Shown here piece after piece: positions 12,813 to 25,643 of a DNA stretch of 64,000 bases; within the stretch, counting starts at the first letter, position 1; each line of letters begins with the position of its first letter. Position numbers and translations under genes: made by a program. The stretch spans positions 29,638,001-29,702,000 of the forward strand of contig NC_086109.1 of NCBI RefSeq assembly GCF_963921235.1. Reading direction: 5' to 3'. The notes below the pieces were generated by a model, which was given only the letters and a program-made list of their open reading frames with translations, was not told the DNA's origin and did not search any database. This DNA comes from Mobula hypostoma (taxonomy: Eukaryota).

Positions 12813-15800
12813 CTCCAGTCAATTGGGATGACATGTCATCTCTGACACTTTGGCCTCAAACATGGCGGCATGTCAACAGCTTCATATCTCAGGTGCCAAT
12901 CAGTTCATTCCTCCATCCTCTTATTCATTCCAGCCTCCAGACCCTTACTCTGTCAGTGGCAGGGAACTCCAGTTGTATCATTTATAGTAATTTTATGCCT
13001 TGCTCTGTACTGCCACCGTATATGACAGTGATAATAAGCCTGGTTGTGATTCTGACCAGAATACAGAAAAGGCAGGCAATCTCCTTAGGTAAACATAGAT
13101 AATGCTTGCTAAAGGCAGCTGCCTGTCATTACAGAGACCGGATTTCCCAGCCACATCATCTAAAAGGCTGTTACATATCCAAGCAGTGAAACTAGTTAAT
13201 ATCACTGTATGACTTAACAAAGCAATCTCGATGCGCCAGGACTATTTAAAGTGGACTAACTGACAGATGTTCAAGGAGACCGCCACAAATGGTGAAGACA
13301 CAGTTCTCGAGGAGTATGCCTCATCAGCCACTGGCTACATCAATGAGTGTGTAGACAACGTTGCTACTTCAAGAACAGTCATCTCATGGCCCAACCAGAA
13401 GTCCTGCTGCACACTGAGACCTGAATGCTGCCCTCAAGTCTGGTGACAAGAACAGCTCTCAGACCAGATAGGAGAAACATTACCTGAGGCATCAAGAGAG
13501 CAAAGACTGCCTACGCACAAAAAAACTCAGGAACGTCTGTCTGATAACGGACCCAAGGCGTATGTGACTAGACATCAAGGTCATTACTGGCTCTGCAAGG
13601 GAAAACAGCATCGACCGTACCAGTGACACCTCACTCCCTGACACTCTAGATAAATTTTATGGATGGTTTGAGGCATGCAACACAACACTGGCTGTGCAAG
13701 CTACTCCCATCGCGCAGCCCCCTCCCCCACGGTTATCAGCCACTCTCTGTAACAGCAGCAGACATGCAAAAGACTCTGCAGAGAGAGTCAGGCCCCGTAA
13801 GGTGGCTGGGCCAGACAGCATGCCAGGCCAAGTACTCAGAGAGTGTGCACATCAGCTCCCTGATGTCTTCGCTGACATCTTCAGCAAATCACTCATCCAG
13901 GCTGCTGTCCCCACATGCTTCAAATCAGCCACTATCATCCCTGTGCCAAAGAACTCTACACATTCAGATCTAAATGACAACCGCCCAGTGGCACTTATGC
14001 CAATCATCATGAGGTGCTTTCAGCAGCTGGTAATGGCACTCAGCAAAATCTCCATTGCTGCCCCATTGGACCAATATCCTTACCGATAGAACCACTCTAT
14101 GACGGATGGCATACCATCTGTCATGTACCTGGCCCTGACACACCTAAATAAAAACAAGGATACTTATGCCAGAATGCTGCTTCTGGATTTCAGTTTGGCA
14201 TTCAACACTGTCGTCCCGCAGACCTTGGTGAACAAACTCCTACTCATCGGTCTAAATGCACCACTGTGCAACTGGCTTTGGTCCTCAGAGAGTCCAGCCG
14301 CACAATAACTGCTCCTTCCCCGTCACTCTCAACATATGGGTGCCAATCGAGGACTGTGTGCTGAGCCCACTGCTGTACACTAGTGGTCGACAACCAGTCG
14401 ATCACAATCGGCCAGTCGATCTTTGATACTTTCCCAGTAGATCCCGAAAAAGAATGAAAAATAAATACACAAATGCATTATGCCTGATAAACCTTTCGAT
14501 GCAAGAGCAAATTTTACCCTGAGAGCGTATGTGTGAGCCGTTTTTTAACCAACATTTGGTTGCTTTCCCTGGTTACTGTGTTTCTTTCTTTCCACTGCCC
14601 AGCGTCGTGCGTCACAAGTGTGCTGACATCATGTGACTATTGCTGCTGTCTGTCAAATTCCATGGAGCGTGGGAGAGCTTCGTTTATCTTAAACATAAAC
14701 GAACAAACTGTCCAATGGCAAAAGAAAACAACACGTGTGGGTAAAAATGACTCACTTGTGCATTCATGACTTAACCAAAATTTGATCAACTTTAATCGGT
14801 TTTGACTCTATTATGGTGCTATTTATATTATGTCAGTTATGCAAAAATTTGGTCATTTATACTGCTGTTTCTTTCTTTTGAATTTTTTGCCCTTAATAGC
14901 GTGAATTCATGTTTAGCATTTTGGATAGTGTGCTAGTAATTAGCATTAATTTTAGTTTTTACTGAAAAGTTAGCGCCTCTCTCTCTCTTTTGATTTAGCT
15001 GTTGTATTTTTTTCAGCGTAGCGTGTGCTGCATCAAAGTGACCAATTAGATTAGATAAGAGTACAGACTGTCGCAAACGTCAATATACGGCACTCACTGG
15101 TGATATCCTGCAAGGTAGCTAGCTAGCATAGCAGAGGCTCCACGAAAGAAGGCGAAAATGTACAAATTCCATCCGGAATGGGAAGAGGAATTTTTTCTAC
15201 TTACCTTGGTGAAAGACAAGTGTGTATGTATGCTGTGCCACCAAACACAAGCACTGACTAAATGTGCAATCCGTGACAGGGAAGTTGAGGAGCTGAAATC
15301 GGGGTTGAAGGCCCAGCAATCGTTTTTCACAAAACATGCAGCTCAAAATAAGGCTGCTATTGAAGCATCATTTCGTGTAAGTCATCTTTTGGCTAAACAC
15401 AAGAAGCCTTTCACGGATGGCGATTTATTCAAGGAAACAATTGCCATTACCGCAGAGACTTTTTAATGACTTTAAAAACAAAAATGACATCAAAACTGCA
15501 ATACATAATATACCACTTGGCCCTGCAACAGTGACGAGGAGGGTAGAGTCACTGTCAGAGGACGTGGATCGACAAGTGTTAAAGGACTTGTCACTCTGTG
15601 AATATTTTTCACTACAGTTCGATCAATCCCTGGATGTAATGCAAACAGCTCAGCTTGTTGTATTTGTCAGAATGCCTTTCCAGGATTTTACAACAAAGGA
15701 GAACTTCCTCCCTCTTTTGCACTTAAAGGAGAGAATGAGAGGTGAGGATATTTGCAATGAGTTTAAAAAATATGTCCGTGAAAATGACATCCCCGTTCAT

Positions 15801-16297
15801 AAACTGGTGGCAATTACTACTGATGGGGCGCCAGCAATGCGCGGTGTGCGCATTGGTTTTATAGCACTGTGCCGTAATGACCCTGATTTTGCCAGCTTCC
15901 AGGATCATCACTGTGTGATTCATCAGCAGGCCTTGGCTGGGAAGGTCATGGACTTTTCTCATGTAATGACACTGGTGGTCAAACTGATAAACTTGATTCG
16001 AGCAAAAGCGCTTCAGCACCGCTTATTCAAGGCGTTATTGGATGAACTTGATGCTGCTTACGGAGACATACTTCTTCATGCTGACGATCGGTGGTTGAGT
16101 CACAGCAAAGTGCTGCAACGATTTGTTGACTTGCTGCCTGAGGTAAAGACTTTTCTGTCGACAAGAAACGAGGAGCATGAGGAACTGTCAGATGATGTGT
16201 GGCTACTGGATTTAGGGTTTCTGACAGACCTAATGGCTAAATTAAACGCACTTAACAACGAGCTCATGGGAAAAGACCAGCACCTGCCCCACATGAT

Positions 16298-19200
16298 AAA
16301 CATAGAAACATAGAAAATAGGTGCAGGAGTAGGCCATTCGGCCCTTTGAGCCTGCACCGCCATTTATTATGATCATGGCTGATCATCCAACTCAGAACCC
16401 CGCCCCAGCCTTCCCTCCATACCCTCTGACCCCCGTAGCCACAAGGGCCATATCTAACTCCCTCTTAAATATAGCCAATGAACTGGCCTCAACTGTTTCC
16501 TGTGGCAGAGAATTCCACAGATTCACCACTCTCTGTGTGAAGAAGTTTTTCCTAATCTCGGTCCTAAAAGGCTTCCTCTCTATCCTCAAACTGTGACCCC
16601 TCGTTCTGGACTTCCCCAACATCGGGAACAATCTTCCTGCATCTAGCCTGTCCAATCCCTTTAGGATCTTATACGTTTCAATCAGATCCCCCCTCAATCT
16701 TCTAAATTCCAACGAGTACAAGCCCAGTTCATCCAGTCTTTCTTCATATGAAAGACCTGCCATCCCAGGAATCAATCTGGTGAACCTTCTTTGTACTCCC
16801 TCTATGGCAAGGATGTCTTTCCTCAGATTAGGGGACCAAAACTGCACACAATACTCCAGGTGTGGTCTCACCAAGGCCTTGTACAACTGCAGTAGTACCT
16901 CCCTGCTCCTGTACTCGAATCCTCTCGCTATAAGTGCCAGCATACCATTCGTCTTTTTCACCACCTGCTGTACCTGCATGCCCACTTTCAATGACTGGTG
17001 TATAATGACACCCAGGTCTCGTTGCACCTCCCCTTTTCCTAATTGGCCACCATTCAGATAATAATCTGTTTTCCTATTTTTGCCACCAAAGTGGATAACT
17101 TCACATTTATCCACATTAAATTGCATCTGCCATGAATTTGCCCACTCACCCAACCTATCCAAGTCACCCTGCATCCTCTTAGCATCCTCCTCACAGCTAA
17201 CACTGCCACCCAGCTTCGTGTCATCCGCAAACTTGGAGATGCTGCATTTAATTCCCTCATCCAAGTCATTAATATATATTGTAAACAACTGGGGTCCCAG
17301 CACTGAGCCTTGCGGTACCCCACTAGTCACTGCCTGCCATTCTGAAAAGGTCCCGTTTATTCCCACTCTTTGCTTCCTGTCTGCCAACCAATTCTCCACC
17401 CACACCGATACCTTACCCCCAATACCGTGTGTTTTAAGTTTGCACACTAATCTCCTGTGTGGGACCTTGTCAAAAGCCTTTTGAAAATCCAAATATACCA
17501 CATCCACTGGTTCTCCCCTATCCACTCTACTAGTTACATCCTCAAAAAATTCTATGAGATTCGTCAGACATGATTTTCCTTTCACAAATCCATGCTGACT
17601 TTGTCCGATCATTTCACCGCTTTCCAAATGTGCTGTTATCACATCCTTGATAACTGACTCCAGCAGTTTCCCCACCACCGACGTTAGGCTAACCGGTCTA
17701 TAATTCCCCAGTTTCTCTCTCCCTCCTTTTTTAAGAAGTGAAGTTACATTAGCCATCCTCCAATCCTCAGGAACTAGTCCAGAATCTAACGAGTTTTGAA
17801 AAATTATCACTAATGCATCCACTATTCCTTGGGCTACTTCCTTAAGCACTCTAGGATGCAGATCATCTGGCCCTGGGGATTTATCTGCCTTCAATCCCTT
17901 CAATTTACCTAACACCACTTCCCTGCTAACATGTATTTCGCTCAGTTCCTCCATCTCACTGGACCCTCTGTCCCCTACTATTTCTGGAAGATTATTTATG
18001 TCCTCCTTAGTGAAGACAGAACCAAAGTAATTATTCAATTGGTCTGCCATGTCCTTGCTCCCCATAATCAATTCACCTGTTTCTGTCTGCAGGGGACCTA
18101 CATTTGTCTTTACCAGTCTTTTCCTTTTTACATATCTATAAAAGCTTTTCCAGTCCGTTTTTATGTTCCCTGCCAGTTTTCTCTCATAATCTTTTTTCCC
18201 CTTCCTAATTAAGCCCTTTGTCCTCCTCTGCTGAACTCTGAATTTCTCCCAGTCCTCAGGTGAGCCACTTTTTCTGGCTAATTTGTATGCTTCTTCTTTG
18301 GAATTGATACTATCCCTAATTTCTCTTGTCAGCCATGGGTGCACTACCTTCCTTGATTTATTCTTTTGCCAAACTGGGATGAACAATTGTTGTAGTTCAT
18401 CCATGCAACCTTTAAATGCTTGCCATTGCATATCCACCGTCAATCCTTTAAGTGTCATTTGCCAGTCTATCTTAGCTAATTCACGTCTCATACCTTCAAA
18501 GTTACCCCTCTTTAAGTTCAGAACCTTTGTTTCTGAATTAACTATGTCACTCTCCATCTTAATGAAGAATTCCACCATATTATGGTCACTCTTACTCAAG
18601 GGGCCTCTCACGACAAGATTGCTAATTAACCCTTCCTCATTACTCAAAACCCAGTCCAGAATAGCCTGCTCTCTAGTTGGTTCCTCGACATGTTGGTTCA
18701 AAAAAATTCATCCCGCATACATTCCAAGAAATCCTCTTCCTCAGCACCTCTACCAATTTGGTTCACCCAATCTACATGTAGATTGAAGTCACCCATTATA
18801 ACTGCTGTTCCTTTATTGCACACATTTCTAATTTCCTGTTTAATACCATCTCCGACCTCACTACTACTGTTAGGTGGCCTGTACACAACTCCCACCAGCA
18901 TCTTCTGCCCCTTAGTGTTACGCAGCTCTACCCATATCGATTCCACATCTTCCCGGCTTATGTCCTTCCTTTCTATTGCGTTAATCTCTTCTTTAACCAG
19001 CAACGCCACCCCACCTCCCCTTTCTTCATGTCTATCCCTCCTGAATATTGAATATCCCTGAACGTTGAGCTCCCATCCCTGGTCACCCTGGAGCCATGTC
19101 TCTGTGATCCCAACTATATCATAATCATTAATAACAATCTGCACTTTCAATTCATCCACCTTATTACGAATGCTCCCTGCATTGACACACAAAGCCTTCA

Positions 19201-19452
19201 GGCGCTCTTTTACAACTCTCTTAGCCCTTAAACAATTATGTTGAAAAGTGGCCCTTTTTAATGCTTGCCCCGGATTTCTCGGCCTGCCACTTTTACTTTT
19301 CTCCTTAGTACTTTTTGCTTCTACCCTCACTTTACACCCCTCTGTCTCTCTGCACTGGTTCCCATCCCCCTGTTGTGAACTAACCTCCTCACGCCTAGCC
19401 TCTTTAATTTGATTCCCACCCCACAACCATTCTAGTTTAAAGTCACTTCAGT
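16298..19452 (-). mobile_element. Young CR1 LINE: end of ORF1, whole ORF2 and 3' tail
   Basis: (ttctatgt)n tail at 16298-16320; 5' truncation just upstream of ttaaactag (typical CR1 ORF1 end). Confidence 0.95.
16392..19426 (-). pseudogene. CR1 ORF2 (AP endonuclease + reverse transcriptase) with one frameshift at ~18700
   Basis: ORF 18698-19426 (GITETW, GGGVAL, VYRPP, MGDFN) abuts ORF 16392-18701 ([30 protein letters not shown]); the break lies in an A7 run at 18700-18706. Confidence 0.93.
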
Positions 19453-20668
19453 AGCGCAGTAAATGCATTTAAGGCCAAGCTCGGTATTTGGATTTCAAAG
19501 TTAAAGAACAGGAGGCTGATACACTTTCCTAACTTGGAGAAAATGTTACAGGCCATCAAGGGAAAAAAATGCTTTTTGCCCTGAGCAGTACTGTGCTTAC
19601 CTAGACAAACTGGCAATAGAGTTCGATTGGCATTTTGGGGAGTTAAACGTCATGAAAAATATTGCTGCATTTATTTCAAACCTATTTCTGCCAATTGATA
19701 GAGAACAGATAGCAGCCAAATTCAAGCTAGTTATTTGGCGTGCCAAGTGATATTGAAATGGAAATAATTGATTTGCAAAATGACATCGAGCTTAAAGCAA
19801 GATCAAGGGATGGTGACTATTGGGGGCTTGTCAGCAGGGAGAAGTTTCCTCATCTCACCACATGTGCACTAAAAGTCAGTGCCTACTTCAGGTCAACTTA
19901 TCTGTGTGAAATTGCATTTTCACAGATGAAAATTATTAAATCTAAGTACAGGAGCTGTCTTACTGACAGACACCTCACAGACTGTCTCAGACTGGCTGTC
20001 TGTAGTTATGAGCCAATTTCAAGGAACTAGAAGAAAGTATTTAACACCAGTCATCACACTGAGTGCAACAGTCAATTTTTATTCATTTATTTTTTGTGTT
20101 GAAATAAAATTAAATAATGAAACTTAGAATTAAAGGTATGAAGTATTGTAATATTCTTAAAGAAAGACATCTATGGCCTGTTTGATATGCTAGTTACAGT
20201 GTTTTCTTGGTTGAATTAATTTGAAAGTTTGACAAAAGCATTTTATGTAATTCAAATACAATTAGTCCAGGTAAAAGGCCTCAAGTTGGAAGTACAATCT
20301 GAGCTGTTTTTTCTCTAAACAACTTAGTAGGTTGATCTTGCCTTTCACTAAAGTCAAGGTAGGGGATCTTGGGCTTAAAAAGGTTGGCGACCACTACTGT
20401 ACACTCTGTTCACACATGACTGCACAGCCAAATGCCCAAGTAATCCTATTTTGCCAATGTCCAATGCAGGGGCTCATCACCAACAACAGAGAGGAGGTGG
20501 AAGAGCTTGATACCTGAACCACATAAATAACCTCTTCCTCAATATCACCAACACAAAGTCAATGGTTATGGACTTCAGGGGAACTTGGCTCCACTCACAC
20601 TCCCCTTTATATTAGCAGCACATCAGTGGAAACCGCAAGCCGTTTCAAACTCCTGGGAGTCACATCTC

Positions 20669-21573
20669 AAAGTAAATTTATTATCCAAGTACATATACAA
20701 TCCCGAGATTTATTTTCTTGCGGGCATATCCAATAAATTCAATGACCATAAATCAATCATTGAAAGACCACACCAACTGAGCATACAACCAGTGTGTAAA
20801 AGAAAACAAAATGTGCAAATACAATAAGAAAGAAGAAATAATAATAATAACAACAAATAAATAAACAATAAATATCAAGATCGAGATGAAGAGTCCTTTA
20901 AAGTGAGTCAATAGGATGGGCAAGTGAAGTTGAGTGAAGTTATTCAGTTATCCCCTTTGGCTCAAGAGCCTGATGGTTGAGGGGAAAGAAACTGTTCCTG
21001 AACCTGGTGGTGTGAATCCTGAGGCTCCTGGTGGCTGTAATGAGAAGAGAGTATATCCTGGGGGGTGGAGGTCCCTGATGATGGATGCTGCTTTCCCATG
21101 ACAGCGTTTCATGTAGCTGTGCTCAATGTTGGGGATGGCCTTACCTGTGATGGACTGGGCCATATCTGGTACTTTCTGTAGGCTTTTCTGTTCAAGGGCA
21201 ATGGTGTTTCCATCCTGGCTGTGATACAGGTAGTCAATATACAGTCCATCACACATCTATAGAAGTTTGTCAAAGTTTTAGTCGTCATGCCGAGTCTTTG
21301 AAAACTCCAAAGGAAATAGAGACACTGCTGTGTTTTCTTTGTAATTGCACATAATGATCATTCTGAAGAATTTAAACTTGTTGACCCTCTCCACCTCTGC
21401 TCTGCTGATGAGGACCGGTTGTTGGACCGCAGGTTTCTTCCACCTGAAATTAATAGTCAGTTCCTTGGTCTTGCTGACACGGAGTGAAAGGTTGTTGTTG
21501 TGGCACAGCTTCAGACAGATTTTCCATCTCTTCCCTATATGCTGATTCATTACCAAATTTGATCCAGCCTGTG
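20669..21573 (-). mobile_element. Second Rex1/Babar-like LINE 3' fragment inserted antisense into the first
   Basis: NNNLSL.VSKTKEL.INFR, VERVNKFKF in ORF 21278-21586; candidate TSD acatct at 20662-20667 and 21574-21579. Confidence 0.8.
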
Positions 21574-22119
21574 ACATCTTGCACAAATTTTCACGGTTCT
21601 AGAACACATTCTGCACAATCAGGAAAGCTCTACTTTCTGAGGAGGTTGAAGAGAGTTGGGCTAGCACATCTGTACTCACATCATTGTACAGATGCACAGC
21701 AGACAGCATCATCACTGTATGGTATGAAAATCAGCAGTGCAGTAGAGAGGAAGGCTCTACAATAGTAGTCAAATCTGCCCACCGTCAAGGAGATATACGC
21801 ATACAGAGAGGTGCCTGAAAATAGGCAATAACATCATGATGGACTCCACCCATCCTGCTCATGAACTGTTTGTCCCACTCCCACAAATATAAGGCATTGT
21901 AGCATCCATGCCAGGACCAAAGGACTCCAAAAGTTACTTTCTCCGAGCAGTAAGACTGATCAGCACTCCACTCAATAATGCACCCCAACTCACCAAACTA
22001 GCACTTCTTTATCATTTCTTGTCGGCCACCTTACTTACAGACACTCAAGTGCCTAGCATCACTTTCAGGACATACAATCAATCTATGTATGTAAGAGACA
22101 TTATATATCTATATTTATT

Positions 22120-22248
22120 GTCTTGCCAAAGGGTTTCGGTCCAAAAAGTCGACTGTACTTTTTTCCATAGACACTGCCTGGCCTGCTGAGTTCCTCCGGC
22201 ATTTTGTGTGTGTTGCTTGGATTTCCAGCATCCACACAATCTCTTGTT
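22120..22248 (+). mobile_element. Short PLE terminal-repeat insertion with decayed hammerhead
   Basis: gtcttgccaaagggtttcggtccaaaaagtcgactg...; 10-bp flanking repeat tatatttatt at 22110-22119 and 22249-22258. Confidence 0.8.
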
Positions 22249-22914
22249 TATATTTATTATGATTTTTTAAATTACTTTTATGTTCTTTATCTTAATGTAT
22301 ATTTTTTTGCACTGCATTGGATCCGGAGTAATAATTATTTTGTTCACCTTTACACTTGTCTACAGGAAATGACATGAAACAATCTTGAATCTTGAACACC
22401 TCCAAAGGCAGAGACTGTGTTTACACACCAACAACATACTGTTCTCTTCAATCTGCAGATAGAATCAAGGTTTCCTTGCTATACGTAAAAAATGGAGCTG
22501 GATTTTGAATGTAAATGGTTCCGAGTTTTAAATAATTAATTTTTATCTCTATTACATCCGACATGCTCTTATGAATTAAATCAACTACCAAGGTGTCACC
22601 TTGTTCATTTATTTATATGTCGGCCTATCCGTGCAGCTCTTTGTGTCATCAGTAACTTGCCAGTACCACCTCTTCAATCTTTTCATCCCTAAGGTATACT
22701 TTTAAAGAAAGTAAGCTCTATAGTGTCAAATTGATTCAGTACCTTCTGATGGTTAATGAACCAAGGACAAGACTCTCGTAGCATCAGAGTGTGATTGTCA
22801 AATTTCATGAGTGGCTAGAACTGCTGTAATTTAAATGGTCAATATCAACATACTGTTTGGTCTGTATAGTAACAATAATTTAACAGGAGCACTTTTCATT
22901 CATTTATTTATTCC

Positions 22915-23160
22915 ATTTAGATATATGATGCAGATTGGACCCTTCCTGCCCTGTGAGCTGAGCCACCCAATGTCCCACCTACTTAACACTAGCCTGATCA
23001 AAGGACAATTTAAAATGATCAATTAACCCAATAACAGGTTGTCCTTGGACTGCAGGTAGAAACCGGAGTACTCAGAGGAAAGCTACGCAGTCAGAATGCT
23101 TGTCAGGTGGCATGGGAATTGAACTCTGAACTCTGATAGCCTGAGTTTCAGTAGCATCAC
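22915..23160 (-). mobile_element. V-SINE-like element
   Basis: Antisense V-domain gtccttggactgcaggtagaaaccggagtactcagaggaaagctacg. Confidence 0.65.
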
Positions 23161-24008
23161 TTTGTAATCCCCTTTTAAAATGTGTTGCCATTGAAGATGT
23201 AGAACCAGATTCACCTGCGGCTCATACAATATTATAGACTCAATGTTTTCATCCAGGGATAAATTTCAAGCCATTGCTTTCTTAATCTACTTGTAAAATA
23301 CATTTAATTTTAAATCTGAACACTTCAATCCTTAGTCCTTTCCATGATGAAATAAAGTCTGGCTTGGAAAGTTCTAGAAGGTCATTGGCATACCGACCAG
23401 AAAACTTAGGCACATGAGTAACCAAAGCATGAATACTTTTACGCCAAAAATTGTCAAAATTACCTTTCTCAATCTCATCTGAAGAATTCCTTACAACATT
23501 TGGCAGAAAAAGCCATAAGTAAAGCTACCTGTATTTACTGTATATATCTGCCTTTTTAGGAAGAGCTTTGTTGTTTTTTTTTTGGATCTTGTTGACCTGT
23601 CATTCAAAAATATATACTTGCTTATTCTAATTTCTCAATTTTAGATTATGAAATTAGACCATGCCAGTAAATTTTCAGGCATAGAAGTAATCAGGTCAAA
23701 GGGTTATCTGGTCATGTTGAAATTAGAACATGCACTAACAAGTCTAAGTAACCATCAATACCATAAGATGCCGTGTTCCCTACTTTCCCCAATTTAACAA
23801 AGAACATTTTGCCTAATTCTTTTCATAAGAGCAATCTGCTTTCAATTTTATATTGTATGGCAGAATATTTCTTTGTGGTGGAATCATCTATCAGATAACT
23901 AACCTCTCATGACTATAAGACAAATTGAGTTAAGAACACTTTGAAAACAGCAAGTAAAACAAACAGTTAAAAAAGAGTAGGAAGCTGTAGTCCTGGTAGG
24001 CCCTATGC

Positions 24009-24088
24009 CAGGGGTTCCCAACCATTTTTATGCCATGGACCCCTCCCATTAACCAAGGTGTCCGTGGACTGCAGGTTGGAAATCCCTG
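24009..24088. mobile_element. 80-bp hAT MITE
   Basis: TIRs caggggttcccaacc / ggttggaaatccctg; same internal sequence as 24414-24486; TSD decayed. Confidence 0.75.
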
Positions 24089-24413
24089 CTCTGCACTAAT
24101 GGTTATAAAGCGATCTTTCTTGCAATATGATTTACTGAGTATAATTTTTTAAATTGTTTCATGGTTTATATTTTAATGAATCTTTTATCAGTTGTGGTCA
24201 GTGGTGTTTGTTCTGCTTTATTCTGCTCTTCTAATTTTCTACTGTTTAAACATTAAGTTGTGTCAATGCAATCATCCCATTCTAGTGTGTTAATATTGGT
24301 TATTAAATGGGTGAACATTCCTCTGAGCTGTTGCTTCATTAAGTCATGTGTCATGTGATCAGCTGGCCACTGGCTTCTAACAGTGTGTGAAGGTTTATTG
24401 AATCAGTCTAGAC

Positions 24414-24486
24414 CATGAGTTCCCAACTTTTTTTTATGCCATGGACCAATACCATTAAACAAGGGGTCCACGACCATGAACCCCTG
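24414..24486. mobile_element. 73-bp hAT MITE
   Basis: Perfect 8-bp TSD gtcTAgac (24406-24413, 24487-24494); ends catgagttc / gaacccctg. Confidence 0.8.
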
Positions 24487-25057
24487 GTCTAGACCTTCTT
24501 TGAAAAAAGGGAGTCACCATGGTGGGCTCCTGGTCACAAGAGATGAATAACAAATATGATTATGATGGCAGTGGGAAGGCAAGGCTACAGAAGATGTGAA
24601 AAATGAGCTGGGATCCTGATAAGAACATGAACAAAAGTAGCAGGTCGGCTCTAAAAATGGATTTTGATTCAACTAGATGTGGAATTATAGCTACAAATTG
24701 AGCTCTAGAAAGCTCGGATTAGTTATATTATGAGGCTCACAGAGCAGTTGTAGACACAGGAAGAATTCAAGATCTAGCTGGAGTGTCTGGCACTACTCTT
24801 TTTCCCAAACAATATGACAGTGTAAACAGAAGATCATGATAGTGCAACTGATCCCATTCAAGAGTGAGAAGAGTGCACCTTTGTGGAAGAGTGCCAGAGT
24901 ATTTCTACCACATTGATTAATCTGTAAACAGCTCACCAGTTGCTGAACACGTCAATAATGATGTTGCAATATTAAAGGGCCACTTTAACCCAGTGCCCTT
25001 TGAAATGTTTGAAGCTGCAGTTAAAATCAATGGGAAGCAATCAACAATTTGATTTTG

Positions 25058-25350
25058 GCATCACAGTGGTTTAGCAGTTAGTGCGACACCATTACAGCTC
25101 AAGGTGTCAAAGTTTGGAGTTCCATCCTGTTGTCCTCCGTAGGAGTCTGTATATCCTCCCTCATGGAATGCCTGGGCTTTCCCTGGATGCTCTGGTGTCC
25201 TCCCACAGTCCAAAGACATATTGGGTTGGTTAATTGGTCATTGTAAATTTTCCCATCACCAGGTTAGGGTAAAATCGGGGTTGTCGGCGGACGCTGGTGC
25301 TGCTCGAAGGGTTGAAAGGGATAGTGCGCACTGTATCGCTGAATGAAAAA
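25058..25350 (+). mobile_element. tRNA-derived V-SINE
   Basis: tRNA-like head (cagtggtttagcagttag...ggagttccatcc) then V-domain tttccctggatgctctggtgtcctcccacagtccaaagac. Confidence 0.75.
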
Positions 25351-25423
25351 AATTAAAAATTAAAGGATTTTTTACTCCACTGCATGTTCGGTATATTTCT
25401 ATAAATGTGCTGGAGTGAAGCAC

Positions 25424-25643
25424 AATCAGAATCAGGTTTATTATCATCGACACGTGTCATGAAATTTGTTGTTTTACAGCGGCAGTATAGTGGCAATACA
25501 TAAAACATACTATAAGGCACAATAAGAGATATGAAAAAAACAGTAGTGCAAAATGAGCACAATAGCAAGGTAGCGTTCAAGGGTTGCTAGCCCATTCAGA
25601 AATCTGATGACAGAGTGGAAGAAGCTGTTCCTGAACCCTTGAA
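25424..25643 (-). mobile_element. Rex1-like LINE 3' UTR fragment
   Basis: aatcagaatcaggtttattatca tail and aagctgttcctgaa, antisense to 42168-42653. Confidence 0.6.

Larger units (their letters stand above)
15158..20030 (+). pseudogene. hAT transposase pseudogene (15158-16297 plus 19453-20030)
   Basis: CVCMLC, FSLQFDQS, TTDGAPAM, HCVIHQQAL, RWLS, C-terminal STYLCEIAFSQMKIIKSKYRS; frameshifted and split by CR1. Confidence 0.9.
14381..20396 (+). mobile_element. hAT DNA transposon, Buster/Charlie (SPIN/GTF2IRD2-like) type, full length, interrupted by CR1
   Basis: 15-bp TIRs tagtggtcgacaacc (14381-14395) / ggttggcgaccacta (20382-20396), 1 mismatch; perfect 8-bp TSD ctgTAcac (14373-14380, 20397-20404). 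Confidence 0.95.
13215..22396 (+). mobile_element. Rex1/Babar-like LINE (5'-truncated ORF2) in pieces 13215-14380, 20405-20668, 21580-22396
   Basis: ORFs 13694-14089 (KVAGPD, CFKSATIIPVPK, NDNRPVAL) and 14099-14308 (YARMLLLDFSLAFNTV); CVLSPLLYT|LFTHDC continues across the hAT; KLYFLRRLKR at ~21625; tail aatcttgaatcttgaa. Confidence 0.85.

Noticed and set aside
15417..16313. Possible host gene GTF2IRD2/EPM2AIP1
   Set aside because: Lies within TIRs and a TSD, is frameshifted and CR1-interrupted: a transposon copy.
16780..18786. Plus-strand ORFs repeated at 28.1, 43.8, 44.3 and 55-56 kb
   Set aside because: Antisense shadows of CR1 ORF2; they recur only because the element is repeated.
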